A DNA stretch of 63,547 bases, counting the filler, from Collodictyon triciliatum (taxonomy: Eukaryota): assembly GCA_043381765.1 (NCBI GenBank). It is 11 parts of 11 records of this genome, joined end to end, with 100 filler letters (N's around TTAATTAATTAA, not from the genome) between each part and the next. Parts side by side here need not be neighbours in the genome. Positions count along the whole stretch, not along the records: positions 23,161 to 28,846 come from JBHJMP010005017.1; positions 28,947 to 34,632 come from JBHJMP010005018.1; positions 34,733 to 40,416 come from JBHJMP010005019.1; 8 more parts are not named here. One strand, given 5' to 3'. The translations under genes and the position numbers were made by a program. Below, one piece after another: positions 24,326-39,036 of the stretch (position 1 is its first letter; every line of letters starts with the position of its first letter). A model generated the notes under the pieces. It had not been told where the DNA came from. It was given only the letters and a program-made list of their open reading frames with translations, and did no database searches.

Positions 24326-26539
24326 ATGGTTCGCCGGACGGACGGGCAAGTGACTAGGCTAGGACTGTACGATTTGACTGCCGTAACATTGCTTCTATTT
24401 CTTGCCAAGGATAATCTAGTGACTGCAAAAGTGACAACTGCCCAGGAGACCACTTTATTTCTAAACTCAGCCACGTCATATGACCGCCTTGGTGTCAGCG
24501 TCGGATTGGCAGGCTTATTCGCATTTGTTGGGGCAGCAGATCGTAGTGTGGGCCCAAACGAGCGGCAAGGCGTAGTGGGTGTCTTTTATCGGAGTGGCAC
24601 TAACTGGTCTCAAGTATCTCTGCTGAGTGCATCGGATGGCAAAGCATTTGATAGCTTCGGTTATGCTTTGGCAGCTGTGGGCACATATTTGGTGGTTGGC
24701 GCCCCTCTTCATGACGCCGCGTCTTTGAATATGAAAGATAGCGGCGCTGTTTATTTCTATACACTCAATTCAGAGGCGTGGGCTCCCCTGAGCAAGCTTA
24801 CTGCATCTGATGCATCAGCCACAGACAGTTTTGGGACAAAAATTGCTCTTAATCAGGCACTCATGGTTGTCTCCTCGCCAAATAAAGACATGGGAATATA
24901 TGAGGGTGTTGGAAAGGTATATATATTCACAATTACAGCAGGGTCTTGGACTCAAATTGCTTCCCTTACTCCAAACGACGTTAATTCTGGTGACCATTTC
25001 GGCAGCGCTATCTCTCTAGGACCAGAAACAAGCACTACATTTGCCGTAAGTGCTCTTGGTCGAGACTCGTTTGGTGTTGTCTATATCTTCACCCAGCAGG
25101 GTTATGGTGCGTCTTGGACATTTTCCCAACACGAAAAAATCACCTCAAGCAATATCGGTACTCCATCTCATTTTGGTTCATCTATTGCATTGTCTGGTGC
25201 CTATCTGCTTGTAGGTGCACCTCTCGACACGGTGGATGGTTTGGCGCAGGCTGGTTCTGTATCCGTCTTCACCCTAAATGGTGGCTCTTGGGCTTTGCAA
25301 CAAACCATCACCGCCTCTGATGCAGCTAGTGGAGATAACTTTGGAACGTCAGTATCTGTTAACACTGTGACTACTGGTGTGCTCATCGGAAGCCGCTATG
25401 CAAAGGTTGGTTTGAATTCGAACCAGGGTGTGTCATATCTCTTCACTCGTAGTTCCTCAATATGGAGCATCGATACAAAAACAACTATAGCAGGGGGTTC
25501 AGCGAATGAGGAAATATCCTCTGTGTCGATATCTGATTCTTATGCCGTTATCGGAGCCCCCCAAAAGTCTGCTTCGGGTTACAGCACCCTCAAATTCACT
25601 GGAGCTGCATACGTGTTCTCAGTAAATATCCCCCAGCAAGGTATGCTATTTTCTTTTTCCTTTCCCGGGTTTTCTGGTTCAGATTTAAATTTACATAACG
25701 TGACACACCATGGGTGAATACTTCAAATTCCTAAAGGTTCACATTCAGAATTGAAGTCTGCCTCTTCAACCGTTAGTGGGCTCCGAAGTTCGAGCCATAG
25801 CTACTCTGGGTCTGCAAGCCACAGCCAGTCTGTTTCTTTGACCAAATTTAGAACAAGGTCTCGGTCAAAGGTTAGAACAAGGTCTCGTTCAAGGGTTAGA
25901 ACAAGGTCTCGGTCCAGGGTCAGAAGCAGGTCTCGGTCCAAGGTTAGAACAAGGTCTCGGTCCAGGGTCAGAAGCAGGTCTCGGTCCAAGGTTAGAACAA
26001 GGTCTCGGTCCAGGGTTAGAACAAGGTCTCGGTCCAAGGTTAGAACAAGGTCTCGTTCCAGGGTTAGAACAAGGTCTCGGTCCAAGGTTAGGAGCAGGTC
26101 TCGTTCAAGGGTCAGAAGCAGGTCTCGGTCCAAGGTTAGAACAAGGTCTCGTTCCAGGGTCAGAACAAGGTCTCGGTCCAAATTTAGAACAAGGTCTCGT
26201 TCAAGGGTCAGAAGCAGGTCTCGTTCAAGGGTCAGAACAAGGTCTCGGTCCAAGGTTAGAACAAGGTCTCGTTCCAGGGTCAGAAGCACACGCACGCGTA
26301 TCAAAGTAATCAAAAAGGGTATAAGTCCACCCGAACAAAATGCTAAAGGTGAAACACTTACCGTTTCACCAGCAATTACTTCTGTGCCAACCACAGGGAA
26401 AAAGGCCACATTAGTCGCGTATGGGACTATTGGCGCCGGGGTATTGTTTTTCTTCACAACAGTATTTCTTGGATTTAAGAGATATCGAAGTTCCGACAGC
26501 CCAGACCTCGAAATGTTGGATGGGGATGCTATACAATAA
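24326..26539 (+). CDS. Type I membrane protein: FG-GAP beta-propeller, basic Arg/Ser repeat stalk, TM helix and short tail
   Basis: About seven D.FG.S.A....L.VGAP...G.VY.F repeats. One GT-AG intron (25641-25736) joins in frame to the RS repeat and the TM segment LVAYGTIGAGVLFFFTTVFLG, followed by FKRYR. Confidence 0.9.
25844..26299 (+). repeat. Coding 24-nt tandem repeat, about 18 units of (K/R)(V/F)R(T/S)RSRS
   Basis: Units such as AAGGTTAGAACAAGGTCTCGGTCC are directly visible. Confidence 0.95.
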
Positions 26540-27274
26540 AAGGATTTTCCTATCAAATGGAGAGGAATAACGATCATAATGAAAAGAAAAAAAAGATAAG
26601 CCTATAGGAAAATAAACCATCCTATCCATACCGAACATTTCTCTTTTATTTCCTCGTACAGTTCAGACAAACGATGAGAAGGAAGAAGTTTATTAGTCAC
26701 AAGTAGAATGGTTCGATTGTAAGATAGAAGGTGATTCTAACCCAATAGTACTTTTCAAATAAAGCCAAAAAATCACGTAATTCCAGAACGAATAGAGCTA
26801 ATTAAAAAAATACTAACCTTGCAAACCATTTTTCTCTATAACAATTTAAAATTATATTTTTATCGCTCTGTTAAACTCTCCGCCAAAAAGGCAACGATTG
26901 TGAAGCAATCTCATTAGAAAGATGGTACAAATAAAGCCCACATATATGACAGTCTTTTTTTTTTTTTTTTTTTTTTTTNNNNNNNNNNNNNNNNNNNNNN
27001 NNNNNNNNNNNNNNNNNNNNNNNNNNNNNNNNNNNNNNNNNNNNNNNNNNNNNNNNNNNNNNNNNNNNNNNNNNNNNNNNNNNNNNNNNNNNNNNNNNNN
27101 NNNNNNNNNNNNNNNNAAGTCAGACCTGTAAAAGCAGTATCACGGGCGATTAAAAAGTTAATACAAATGGTTTAACACATTTTTCAAGTTAGAAAAATTG
27201 TTATTGTGTGTAGTTACTTTATTAAACGTAACTCTGTTTAATAGAAGAGTATTTAAGACCTCTATTATGGTCAC

Positions 27275-28743
27275 TTAAGATGAGACCGATAAAAACAGAG
27301 TGATACCCACATATTTGATTATCATAGTGTTCAACTTTGGACACGATGAATCTAAGTTGATTGCATTTTGAATGAGTAAGATACCCAAATTGGCATGATA
27401 TATGAATGCCCGGACTCTGGGCAAAATGCATAAGAAAATTAGCATAATATAAATAAAAATAGAAAAGGAAGGGAGAAAGAAGAGAAGAGGATAGATCACA
27501 GAGTATTCATGGGAAACAAACATGATTTGAGGATAAATCAAGACATTCTAGCGAGGGCATTTCGAACAATCGATATGGGAAGTCATGAAGCTACGATAAA
27601 AAAACAAAGTAAATGAGATATTCCGTAAAGTTAATTTGGAAAGCTAATCGTTTCCTCCCTCATTATTTTATTAAAAGAGGAAGCGACCTTTATAAATGTA
27701 ATTTATCATCTCTTTGCTAGCCACAGGTAGACTAAAAAGTCAAAAAAAAAAAAGTCATTGAATAACAAAATACATAATATAAACCTGGTTTCCGCTCAAG
27801 CACAGTGATGTCAACTGATTCAATATGGTTATGTTGTCAGGGAGAAACGAGATCTAAGCCCCAAAATAACAAATTTATATTTTCCCTAATATTTACGTGA
27901 ACCTTTCATATCAATGGAGCATTTCATTCTCATAGATTTTAAATATTCACCAGATCAAATTTCATTAGACAAGGGCAGTTTCCATCATGAAATTTCCACT
28001 CACTTTATTATTTGATAAATCAAGCGATGCTAGGTTGCTCCATCTTGAAATAGAACTGGAGATATCGTGGAGATTACACCGGGTTTTCAATTCCTCATAA
28101 AGCGTCAGACTCTTTAGAGCTTCTGAAAACGAGACAAACATTAGAGCGTGATGGATATTATTATTCATGTAGCAAGGTAGTCTGGATATTCCATGGTGAG
28201 CTCGTTCTACAGATATTATATTTCGGTGTTCAATTTGAAACTCCTTCAGTCTTGTCAAATGAGTAATCTCCTTTACCAGGACACTTATCTGTGGTTGTCC
28301 AAAATGAAAAATATCTAAGAAACAACTTGATCTCAAACGATAGAAGAAAAAACTTCCGCCTAGAATAGGCATGTGACATTATGTATAGATATATTAAGTA
28401 TAATTGAATTCTTGTAAATAAATCCATCGTCATAGGATATTACAGGATTGTTATAGATATGGAGCCTAGTCAGGTTATTCAGCATGGATATTCGAGGAGG
28501 CAGAAAGGATATTTGGTTGTCATTCATCAGTAAATCGTTCAATTTCTGCATGAGAAAAACCCCATCAGGGACCACAGACAGATTGCAACTCATTAGATTC
28601 AGAAAGACACATTCTGAAAGGCTCTTCCCGGTCTTGATATTGTAACCTTTGGCTACATTTTCGACTTGGTTGAGTTGTATTATTTCCTGAGGTTCAAGCT
28701 CGCGCTCTGGAATAGGTCGGGAACGGTGTGAACCGTTACCCAT
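27275..28743 (-). CDS. Leucine-rich repeat protein, possibly N-myristoylated; 3' end unresolved
   Basis: Starts MGNGS. LRRs LNLMSCNLSVVP, LLMNDNQISFLP, LDLSNNK|ISFLP and LCLSGNQ|LHDFP...LDLSSNH are joined by GT-AG introns. Confidence 0.82.
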
Positions 28744-28766
28744 ATCCTAGGCGTAGATGTAGTGAG

Positions 28767-28797
<31 letters not shown>

Positions 28798-29237
28798 CAA
28801 AACAAAACAAAACAAAACAAAACAAAACAAAACAAAACAAAACAAANNNNNNNNNNNNNNNNNNNNNNNNNNNNNNNNNNNNNNNNNNNNTTAATTAATT
28901 AANNNNNNNNNNNNNNNNNNNNNNNNNNNNNNNNNNNNNNNNNNNNAGAAAAGAGAGAAAAGAGAGAAAAGAGAGAAAAGAGAGAAAAGAGAGAAAAGAG
29001 AGAAAAGAGAGAAAAGAGAGAAAAGAGAGAAAAGAGAGAAAAAGAGAGGGAAAAGAGAGGGAAAAGAGAGAGAAAAGAGAGAGAAAAGAGAGAGAAAAGA
29101 GAGAAAAGAGAGAAAAAGAGAGAAAAAGAGAGAAAAAGAGAGAAAAAGAGAGAAAAAGAGAGAAAAAGAGAGAAAAAGAGAGAAAAGAGAGAAAGAGAGA
29201 AAGAGAGAAAGAGAGAAAGAGAGAAAAGAGAGAGAAA
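28767..29237. repeat. (AAAAC)n and AG-rich microsatellites flanking a linker
   Basis: Directly visible. Confidence 0.9.
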
Positions 29238-29774
29238 AGGGAAACGGTCTTACCCATGTCTAGGACGTAGTTAATTGTGAAAAAAAAGGCCTGGGAAGAC
29301 TGACTAGCGGTTGTTGGGGCGAAGTCTGCAGCAGTATCACAATACTAAGAGGCTTTAATATGTTTCAACGCCGAAGTCATATACATTTTTTTTAAACTTC
29401 GACCCCGAAATGATACCCAATCATATAAGTTGTTTGTCGAAGAAGTTCCTATGAGGCAAAGTACCACAGCACAAGTACCGATGAAACCTCCATTTGATCC
29501 CGCTTCTCAGGGCGTAATGGTTATATATACAATGATATATAATGAAAAGCAAAAGCAGAAGTGATGCAAAAGAGGAGGTTGTCAATACAGCGGAATATTC
29601 TGTTCGTTCAAAGCCTTATGCGTTTTATTGAACATTTATTCGAGACTTTTTGTCCGGATTCCTATGCTTTGCTTTCATATCACGACCCTTTGCGCGCACA
29701 GACCAGCGGATTTGCTAATTTACACTATTTGAATACCACGAGAACATCTGCAAAGCGAATGGTTATGAAAGCTC

Positions 29775-31170
<1,396 letters not shown>

Positions 31171-32200
31171 GTATATTTTTAACAAAATTATACTCATAAA
31201 TAAGCGTGAGCAAACATCATTTCTCATTACATACACGATGGTTTTATGAATGTCATCTGGGAAATGGTAAATATATGCATCGCACTCTTCTCTTTTTTTT
31301 TATTTCATATTCGTATATGAGTATGATGCATGAAGTCTTGGAAGGGGGAAATATCTCTGCCCGTGTGTAACTCATCGATGAATGGGTCACCTGTCCACTG
31401 GTGTGTATTATCTGTGTGGGTATTGCTCGGAGACGTTCGTGTCGTCCCTCTGCTATATCGCGACGGACACAGGCCGAAGATGTGGCGTTGAAGTAGAAAG
31501 TCATGCTCTTTGGTTCGGTTTCACACAGGGGCGAGTCCTACAGGGATGTTTTGTCACTGGGCTTGTTCAGGAAAAAAGGAAAAGGAAAAAAGGAAAAAAA
31601 AAGGAAAAAAAAAGGAAAAAAGGAAATAGGAAGAAAGAAAAAGGGAAATAAAAAGAAAAAGAAAAAAGAAACAGAAAAGAAACAGAAAAGAAACAGAAAA
31701 GAAAAAGAAACAGAAAAGAAAAGAAAAAGAAACCGAAAAGAAAAGAAAAAGAACCAGAAAAGAAAAAGAACCAGAAAAGATAAAGAACCAGAAAAGAAAA
31801 AAGAAACAGAAAAGAAAAAAGAAACAGAAAAGAAAAAGGAAAAGGAAAAGGAAAAGAAAAAGAAAAAGAAAAAAGAAAAAGAAAAAAAGGAAAGAAAAAA
31901 GAAAAAGTAAAATTAGAAAAAGAAACAGAAACAGAATAGAAAAGAAACTGATCACCCTGGTATCGCCCGCTTCTGCTTGCATAGGTTTGCCTGCCGTAGA
32001 TTCCATGTATTCCTCAGCTTTGGCTTCTGTTGCGCACGTCAGCTGTTTGCGCTCCTTGTAAATACAGTCTCGTTTGTTTTGCTTTTGTTTGTTGTCTTCG
32101 TTCATTTGTTTTTCTGCAAGCCTCGGGAGATACGCAAGGGGAAAAAAATAATGAACAAAACGAATTTATTCCCTTGATTTTATTCTTCATGTAATTCGCC

Positions 32201-34632
32201 TTATTCAAGAAACTCTTGGATAGAAAGAAGCTCGTGAAAGCTTGGACGGTTCTTCGGGTCTGCATGCCAACACTTTTGCATCATGGAGACCCACGATTGA
32301 TTCATGCCGCCTCTTATTTCGGGTCGCAGCCCATTCATCACGTTGTGCTGCAGAGCCATCGCATCCATCCCGTGGTATGGAGAAGCTCTTGCCTCAATTT
32401 CCCACAAAATAATTGCGAAGCTGTAAACATCGGCTTTTTCATCGTATCGTTTTCCTTGCATGACCTTGGCATAAAAAAAATACATGTAAATAAATTACGA
32501 ATAATCCAACATTTTCCTTTTCTCCTTCATGAATTGCAACATAAATCATCTGTTGCAATTAATTTTCATTTCTTTACCTCCGGCGCTAAATATGCCAAAG
32601 AACCGCACTTTGTCATCGTTCGGTTATTCGCTTTGACCCGAGCAAACCCAAAGTCACATATCTTGGCCTCAAAATCGGCAGTGACCTTTTTTAATTTTAA
32701 AAAGTAATTAATGTAATTATATTTCTTCTTCATGAATAAGTCCTGCTCTTATAATTTTGAGTACAATCGGATGGTGAATGCATACCAATATATTCGCAGC
32801 CTTCAGATCTCTATGTAGAATGATTGGTGTCAATGAATGAAGATAGCCCATTCCCTCCGCGATTCCTTTGATGAGTCGTTTCCTGCATGTCAGAGTTCCA
32901 TGAATATTTAATATGATAAAAAAATTCTTCCTTCAGTATTGTCATACTTTTCTGAAGACCCAATTTGAATAGAAGTATTTCTGAGTATCTGAAATAAATT
33001 TCCAAAGTCGACTAGTTCCATGATAATAGCAAGTTTTGGTATGTCTGTGCACGCTGCGATGAAGCGAACGATGTTTTTGTGCTCCAGTTTTCTGGACAAA
33101 ATCCATAAATATTTCATTAATTCAAATCAACTTATCTGTTTTAAGGCCCGATTATATCGTCTCCACACGACAATAAAGGCTTACCTTACTAATGCCACCT
33201 CCGACAAAAAGGATACAAGACTTTCATCTCTTTGGTTCGATATTAATTTTACAGCAACTTTCATCCCCTAAAAGCACAAGAATTTAGAGCTGTTAATCAC
33301 CGTTTTTTTTCTTAGTCTAAGGCGTTGAAGTCTCTTCGAGTAGAGGGGGGAAAAAGTGTTGAAAGTTATAATTATGCTTAGATGTGCCATATTGGATAAG
33401 GGACACATTCGTTTACCTTGTATTGTCCAGAGAAGACAGAACCATAAGAGCCTGTTCCAATCGCCTTTTCGTCCATTTTTATTTCAGCTAAATCTATCTC
33501 CCATCCCATCCTTTCTCTGAGTCGAGCGTCCTTTCTCTTTGGAATGCTAACAGATCCTTTTTCGATATTTTCTCCACCAATAGCGTTCGGGTTGTGAGGG
33601 TTATCTGCGCTTTGCCCAAAGCCAGTCCCGTTCGTTGATTCGGTCATTGTCTTCGTTGATTCACATTTGTATTATGAAAGCGAGTTTGCATTATCTATGA
33701 TTACATTACTCTAAAATTACGTCGATTCTTACCGTGGATATATTGTAAACGCTTCGTTGGGAAAACACATCTCCTCTCCTTTGAAACCTTTTTGGATATA
33801 CCTGATAACAGTATGGATGTTGAATTAAACATTAGGTGAAAGAGGGGAAATAGGAAAGAATAAAAAAAAGAAATAATTTCAAATAATTAGTCTTATTTAT
33901 TTATTTATTTGTTTGTTTGTTTGTTTGTTTGTTTGTTTGTTCGCTTATTAGAAACCTCGTATAGCTGATTGTGATTGCCCTTGAAACTGTCCTTCGAGAT
34001 CTTTTTGATGACACAGTCTGATTCAAAAGCTCGCATCCTGTCCTCCAATTCCTGGAATAAAAAAAAAAGAATTGATTAGAAGAGTTCGACTAACGAAATC
34101 GAGATTCTCCTGTAATGATCGGATGATAGAGATCTAGTATATTTATATAGATAAAACATTTTGAGGTTATTTTATTATTGTTAAAATACAAGATTTTATT
34201 ATAATTTTTGAAGAATAACACACTGTCCTCGTATCATCTGTCATGACAATTTGGCCTCCGTGAGCAAATTTGCTAAGTTTGATTGCACTCGATAAAATCT
34301 AGATATCAATTGTCTCTTCTTAATTATACAAAATGGTGTCGATAACTTCATCTAAACATGAATAATAAATTGTTATTAATATGTGATTTTGAACAAACTT
34401 TCCCGTGATAAATTCTTCGAGAAGTGTAGTCATCATATTTTGATTCACAAATGCCATAGTCAACCCCCTATTTCAACTGTTAGAATTCTCAAATATTAAA
34501 CAAAACAAGTATCCTTTTTTAATAAAAATTTCTACCATTTGAACCCGAACTCCTTTCAAATCACCACATGCAGCAGTTTCAGTATACTTATTTGTCAGGA
34601 GTTCTGGTGGCCATTCTGCTTCATTCAAGAGG
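32201..34632 (-). CDS. Class III nucleotide-cyclase-like domain fused to a TKL protein kinase (5'-truncated)
   Basis: Cyclase half: WPPELL...GVRVQM|GVDYG...AHGGQIVMT. Kinase: WEIDLAEI, GTGSYG, VAVK, HRDLKAANIL, DFG, CGSLAYLAPE, DVYSF, CWHADPKNRPSF. Confidence 0.9.
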
Positions 34633-34844
34633 NNNNNNNNNNNNNNNNNNNNNNNNNNNNNNNNNNNNNNNNNNNNTTAATTAATTAANNNNNNNNNNNN
34701 NNNNNNNNNNNNNNNNNNNNNNNNNNNNNNNNTTTTTTTTTTTTTTTTTTGTTTTTTTTTTGTTTTGTTGTTTTTTTTTTTTTTTGTTTTTTTTTTTTTT
34801 TTATAAAAGATTGGTTTTAAACTTCAAAAATCATGCATAGCCAT

Positions 34845-36216
34845 ACCAGAAGTGAAGTCATTTCCCACAGATGAAGGAGAGTCCTGTTCGGTAAAAAAAA
34901 TAAAAAAAATAAAAAAAGATATATAAGCCATCAGACATAAAATTTTAAATATGTACACTAATTTCTCTTACCAGTGTCAGATCCACCCGGCTGTGTCGAT
35001 GGGGATGGAGGAATTTACACCGGTCATTTTTTTTTCCAAACGGATACATAAACACCAAATTCCACCATGGAAAATTTAGAGAGACTATATATTCAGGGAA
35101 GTACACGAACGATATTTCGTAAACCAAACCTGCTCGAAGATGTACTTGATAATCCGAGAGAATCTGACTAGAATTCGGATAACATAACACAATGAGGGAG
35201 AGAAAATGAATGATTACATCATCATATCATTTCATATACATACGGTCACCTGCATCGTCAGCTTTGAGTGATGAAGTGTGTCCTGGAGAGAATTAGTTGA
35301 TTTAAGATTTTAAACTCACTAAAAACAATAAACCATATTGTATCGCATGTTTAGCCGAGCTATTGATATATAAGTACTAAATAAAGTATACTTTGTAAAT
35401 CTGGCTGCGAATGTACCGACTATATGGGTCAGACCTCATAAGATTGAAGATTTCGGTTTGTGCTTCGTTGAATATATTTTCTGGCACAATTCTAAATGTC
35501 AAAATTACAGTTCGATTATTGATGGATATAATTTTAAGGAACCAATTCATCTGGTATTGAAATATTAAAGATCATGTATCTTATCTTAGATAGGCGAACC
35601 AACCACGGCCCTCAATCCATATATGCAAAGAAAAACCTTTCGATATTTTCCTGGTAGTCGTTTTCGCTCTTCCAGTTGTAAATTTTTTCCTGCGAGACGC
35701 TACTCAGATTCACTTGAAGTGGAGCGTCGTTTGCGATGTAGGTTTGGAAAATCTAAATTACATGTCTTCGATTTAATAGTGTTTTTTGGGAAATAAGGAC
35801 ATAATCTTAAACTTCGAATATCACATGGTCGAATAATATGTTTCTCTCTTCCATGCTGGCTTTTTTGAAGCTATTGACCTATAAGAAAACATATATGTTG
35901 CAATATTTTGTTTGCTGTTTTTACATGGATTGAAAACAGAACATTGACCTAAAAAAAAATTTTGTACACGAAAAGCTTGAATTATATAATATATAAATCA
36001 TGTTAAATGTTTTATCAGTGCATATAAAAAAACCACATACTTCCTGATAGAAATCCAAGTTTTCGATTGATTGTTCAGATATGAGAAACTCGCTAAACTT
36101 TTTAATGCCGTTTTGTGATTTCATGAGAGTAAGAAGCGATTTCCTCCACGAAGAGATATCATCGAATGGAATAACTTCAGTCTCACTTGCCCAACGAGGA
36201 GTATACCGATGAAAGT

Positions 36217-36276
<60 letters not shown>

Positions 36277-38473
36277 ATTAGGCTTTCGATACAAATCATT
36301 GATACATTGACATTTTGGTGCGTTGAAACCGATTACAACTCAAACAAATGATGAAAAGAATGTCTAAATTACGTTATCTTTGTTGGTATTTTAGGTGACT
36401 GGACAGGAGAGCTGCTGAATGCTCTTTTTGCTAGGGCGTTTATAGTCTTGGGCATACCCATTCTAATGGATCATATATTTCATAAAAAAATTTTTTGTTA
36501 TTTGAATAAATTGTCCAATTTTTGAAACTGAATGAAACTAAATGAAACTTTGTTGATAAAAACGATGAAGAAAACTTGCGTTCTATTTCGAGGGGTACTA
36601 TTGTTGCTACTGGATTTTGTTGATTTTGTCATCAACTTTGATATTTCTATGGACAGCTTAGCTAAAATAAGATATATATTAAGTTTTTATATCAGGTCAG
36701 ATTAATGCAGATAATCCAAAAAAAAAAAGGCATATAAATAGGATGATATTATATTTATCTAACTATATAGATAAATATAATATCATTGGAAATAATCTTT
36801 TTTTTAATCTTATTTCTCTACGTTTCTCTATCGAAGGCTGTGACATCGGCATGCTCCTATAATTTCATATAATTGAGCACCAATACGACTAAGTATTTAA
36901 TTGTTTCCATTATTTGAGGCAATTTGGACGTTCGTAAAACAAAATATGTTAAAATCTCACGCGGAATCATCACCGTGACACTTGACACCAGAACTAAAGG
37001 CACTGCTTTTGAGGAATTTTGGGTACAGATCGACTTCCATATAACTCAGTACCTTAAACCATATTTCGATTGACTATTAGTTGAGAAAAATTCGATGTCT
37101 TTCTACATTTGTGGCCAGCAAGAAAAGAGTCGATCATATTGTGAAAAATGATGAAAATTTGCAACACCATGATTATTATTTATCTAGAAAAAAAATGAAT
37201 GTAGCTGATATTTGACTGTAAATTATTGTTTTGTATTTTTAGACATGCTGTGTACATTCTGCAATCGATTACACTGACCTCTTTCTTTGCTGGAGTAAAC
37301 ACCCAACGAAAGTCTGGTGGCATTTTTCCAGATGTTAGGATGTCAGAGTATTTTGTTACAATTACGTCTTTTTGGGATAGGCTGACAGGAATAGAATTTG
37401 TGTTGTCCCACATAATGTATGTGTTGGTGATCTTTACACCAAAGGAAGAATGAGTCTCAATAGATTAGATATAACCAGGTTGGATATATATTCTTTGCGT
37501 GCCACTTAAGAAAAGAAAAGAAAAATAGAGATTGAGTTATACGTGCTTCGCTTGTATGAGTAATTGAGATAATGGTGCTTTTTCAAACTGATTAACCTGT
37601 GAAAATTGAAGGCAATTATTGCACACTGAAATAATATTGATGCGGTTTTTTAAATAAAAAAACCTACAGTAATAGAGAAAGTAATCTAAGCAGGTGAGGA
37701 AAAGAATGTTATTTTTCCCATCAAACCTTCTCCACAAAGTAAAGACATGGGAGCTTTTGTTCTGATGCTAAAAACACTTTAAAAAAATCGACTCCAGTTT
37801 CGCATTCGAGCAATCGATTGAAGGAGATTGACCATGTTCCAGTCTTTGGTCTGGGGGTAGCCCCTTTTTTTTTTCATAGGCAAATAAGCATAGAAATTAA
37901 TACTCAAACAGAGAAGTTAAATATTGTTTAGCATTATTAGAGCATATATGAAGTAATGGAATATGGTTATTTGAAATCATCGTTGGTGAAAAACATCTAC
38001 GAATCAGTTGATATGGTCGAATACGATGCTATTGGCTATAGTGAGTGGTATGGCATATATAAAATTACGTCTTGGATGGGGTATTTCATGAATGATATTT
38101 TTATCTTTCAAAATGTCAGCCGGCATTCTACTCTGAAGGAGCCTAAATAAGTAAAGTTTAGGTTAGAGTCAGAATGATGTAAGCTTCAGCTTTATGTACA
38201 GTGTCTCTTTGTTGACTGGTCATTTACTTGTTCAGGGAGTCGATATAATCCTGCATTTGTGGATTCGAAACAATTTTCCCTGTTGTACATTCCCCCTTTG
38301 AGTGGAAAAGTAAATGAAAGATATATCATGACTAATATAATCTCATAGGATGGCCAATAAACGATTCATTTAAAAAAATTATTACCACTATGGTATGTAC
38401 AATATCTTTTTTTTATCGAATAGTATATTCACTTACTGATTGCTTCAACGCAACAAACTTCCTCACACCGGCC
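34845..38473 (-). CDS. Protein with two RGS domains (partial at both ends)
   Basis: RGS1: WSISFNRLLECETGVDFFKVFLASE...MEVDLYPKFLKS. RGS2: WRKSLLTLMKSQNGIKKFSEFLISEQSIENLDFY...YIANDAPLQVNL...IFNEAQTEIFNLM. Confidence 0.85.
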
Positions 38474-39036
38474 CTAAAATGTATAGAAAAGAGTAGTTCA
38501 ATGATTTATCAGGTGCGTCGCTACTTTTGGTTTGGAATAATGAACGATAAATATGTTTTGAATTTAAATAACATGTAGACTAGGTTGATATAAATATATG
38601 ATCATGTTTAGTCACGTCGAAGTGTAATCGACATAAATTTATTTATTTACTATTATGTTATTGTTTTTATAATTTTTTTATAATTGTTTTTTATAATTGT
38701 TTTTATAATTGTTTTTATAATTGTTTTTATAATTGTTTTTNNNNNNNNNNNNNNNNNNNNNNNNNNNNNNNNNNNNNNNNNNNNNNNNNNNNNNNNNNNN
38801 NNNNNNNNNNNNNNNNNNNNNNNNNNNNNNATTATTGTTTTTTTATTGTTTTTTTATTGTTTTTATTGTTTTTATTGTTTTTATTGTTTTTATTGTTTTT
38901 ATTGTTTTTATTGTTTTTTATTGTTTTTATTGTTTTTATTTGTATAAAAGTTTAAATCTTGGTACTATTTCAATATTTATAGTCACAATCAAGCCAATCA
39001 TTTCTAATCGTGTTTCCATAAAACAATAATAATCAG

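Noticed and set aside
25844-26299. CRISPR-like or satellite array
   Set aside because: It has contiguous 24-nt units with no unique spacers and is in frame within a eukaryotic CDS.
31503-32105. Lys-rich, Phe-rich and poly-Leu/Tyr/Ile ORFs in the ORF track (here and elsewhere)
   Set aside because: They are translations of microsatellites, not genes.
37956-38150. ORF MEYGYLKS... as the DCTN4 first exon with a bidirectional promoter
   Set aside because: It overlaps an intron and exon of the minus-strand RGS gene, which splices in frame up to 38473.
32201-38473. Apparent RGS-RGS-cyclase-kinase fusion gene
   Set aside because: It spans the artificial linker at 34633-34732 between size-sorted pieces, so the adjacency is not evidence.
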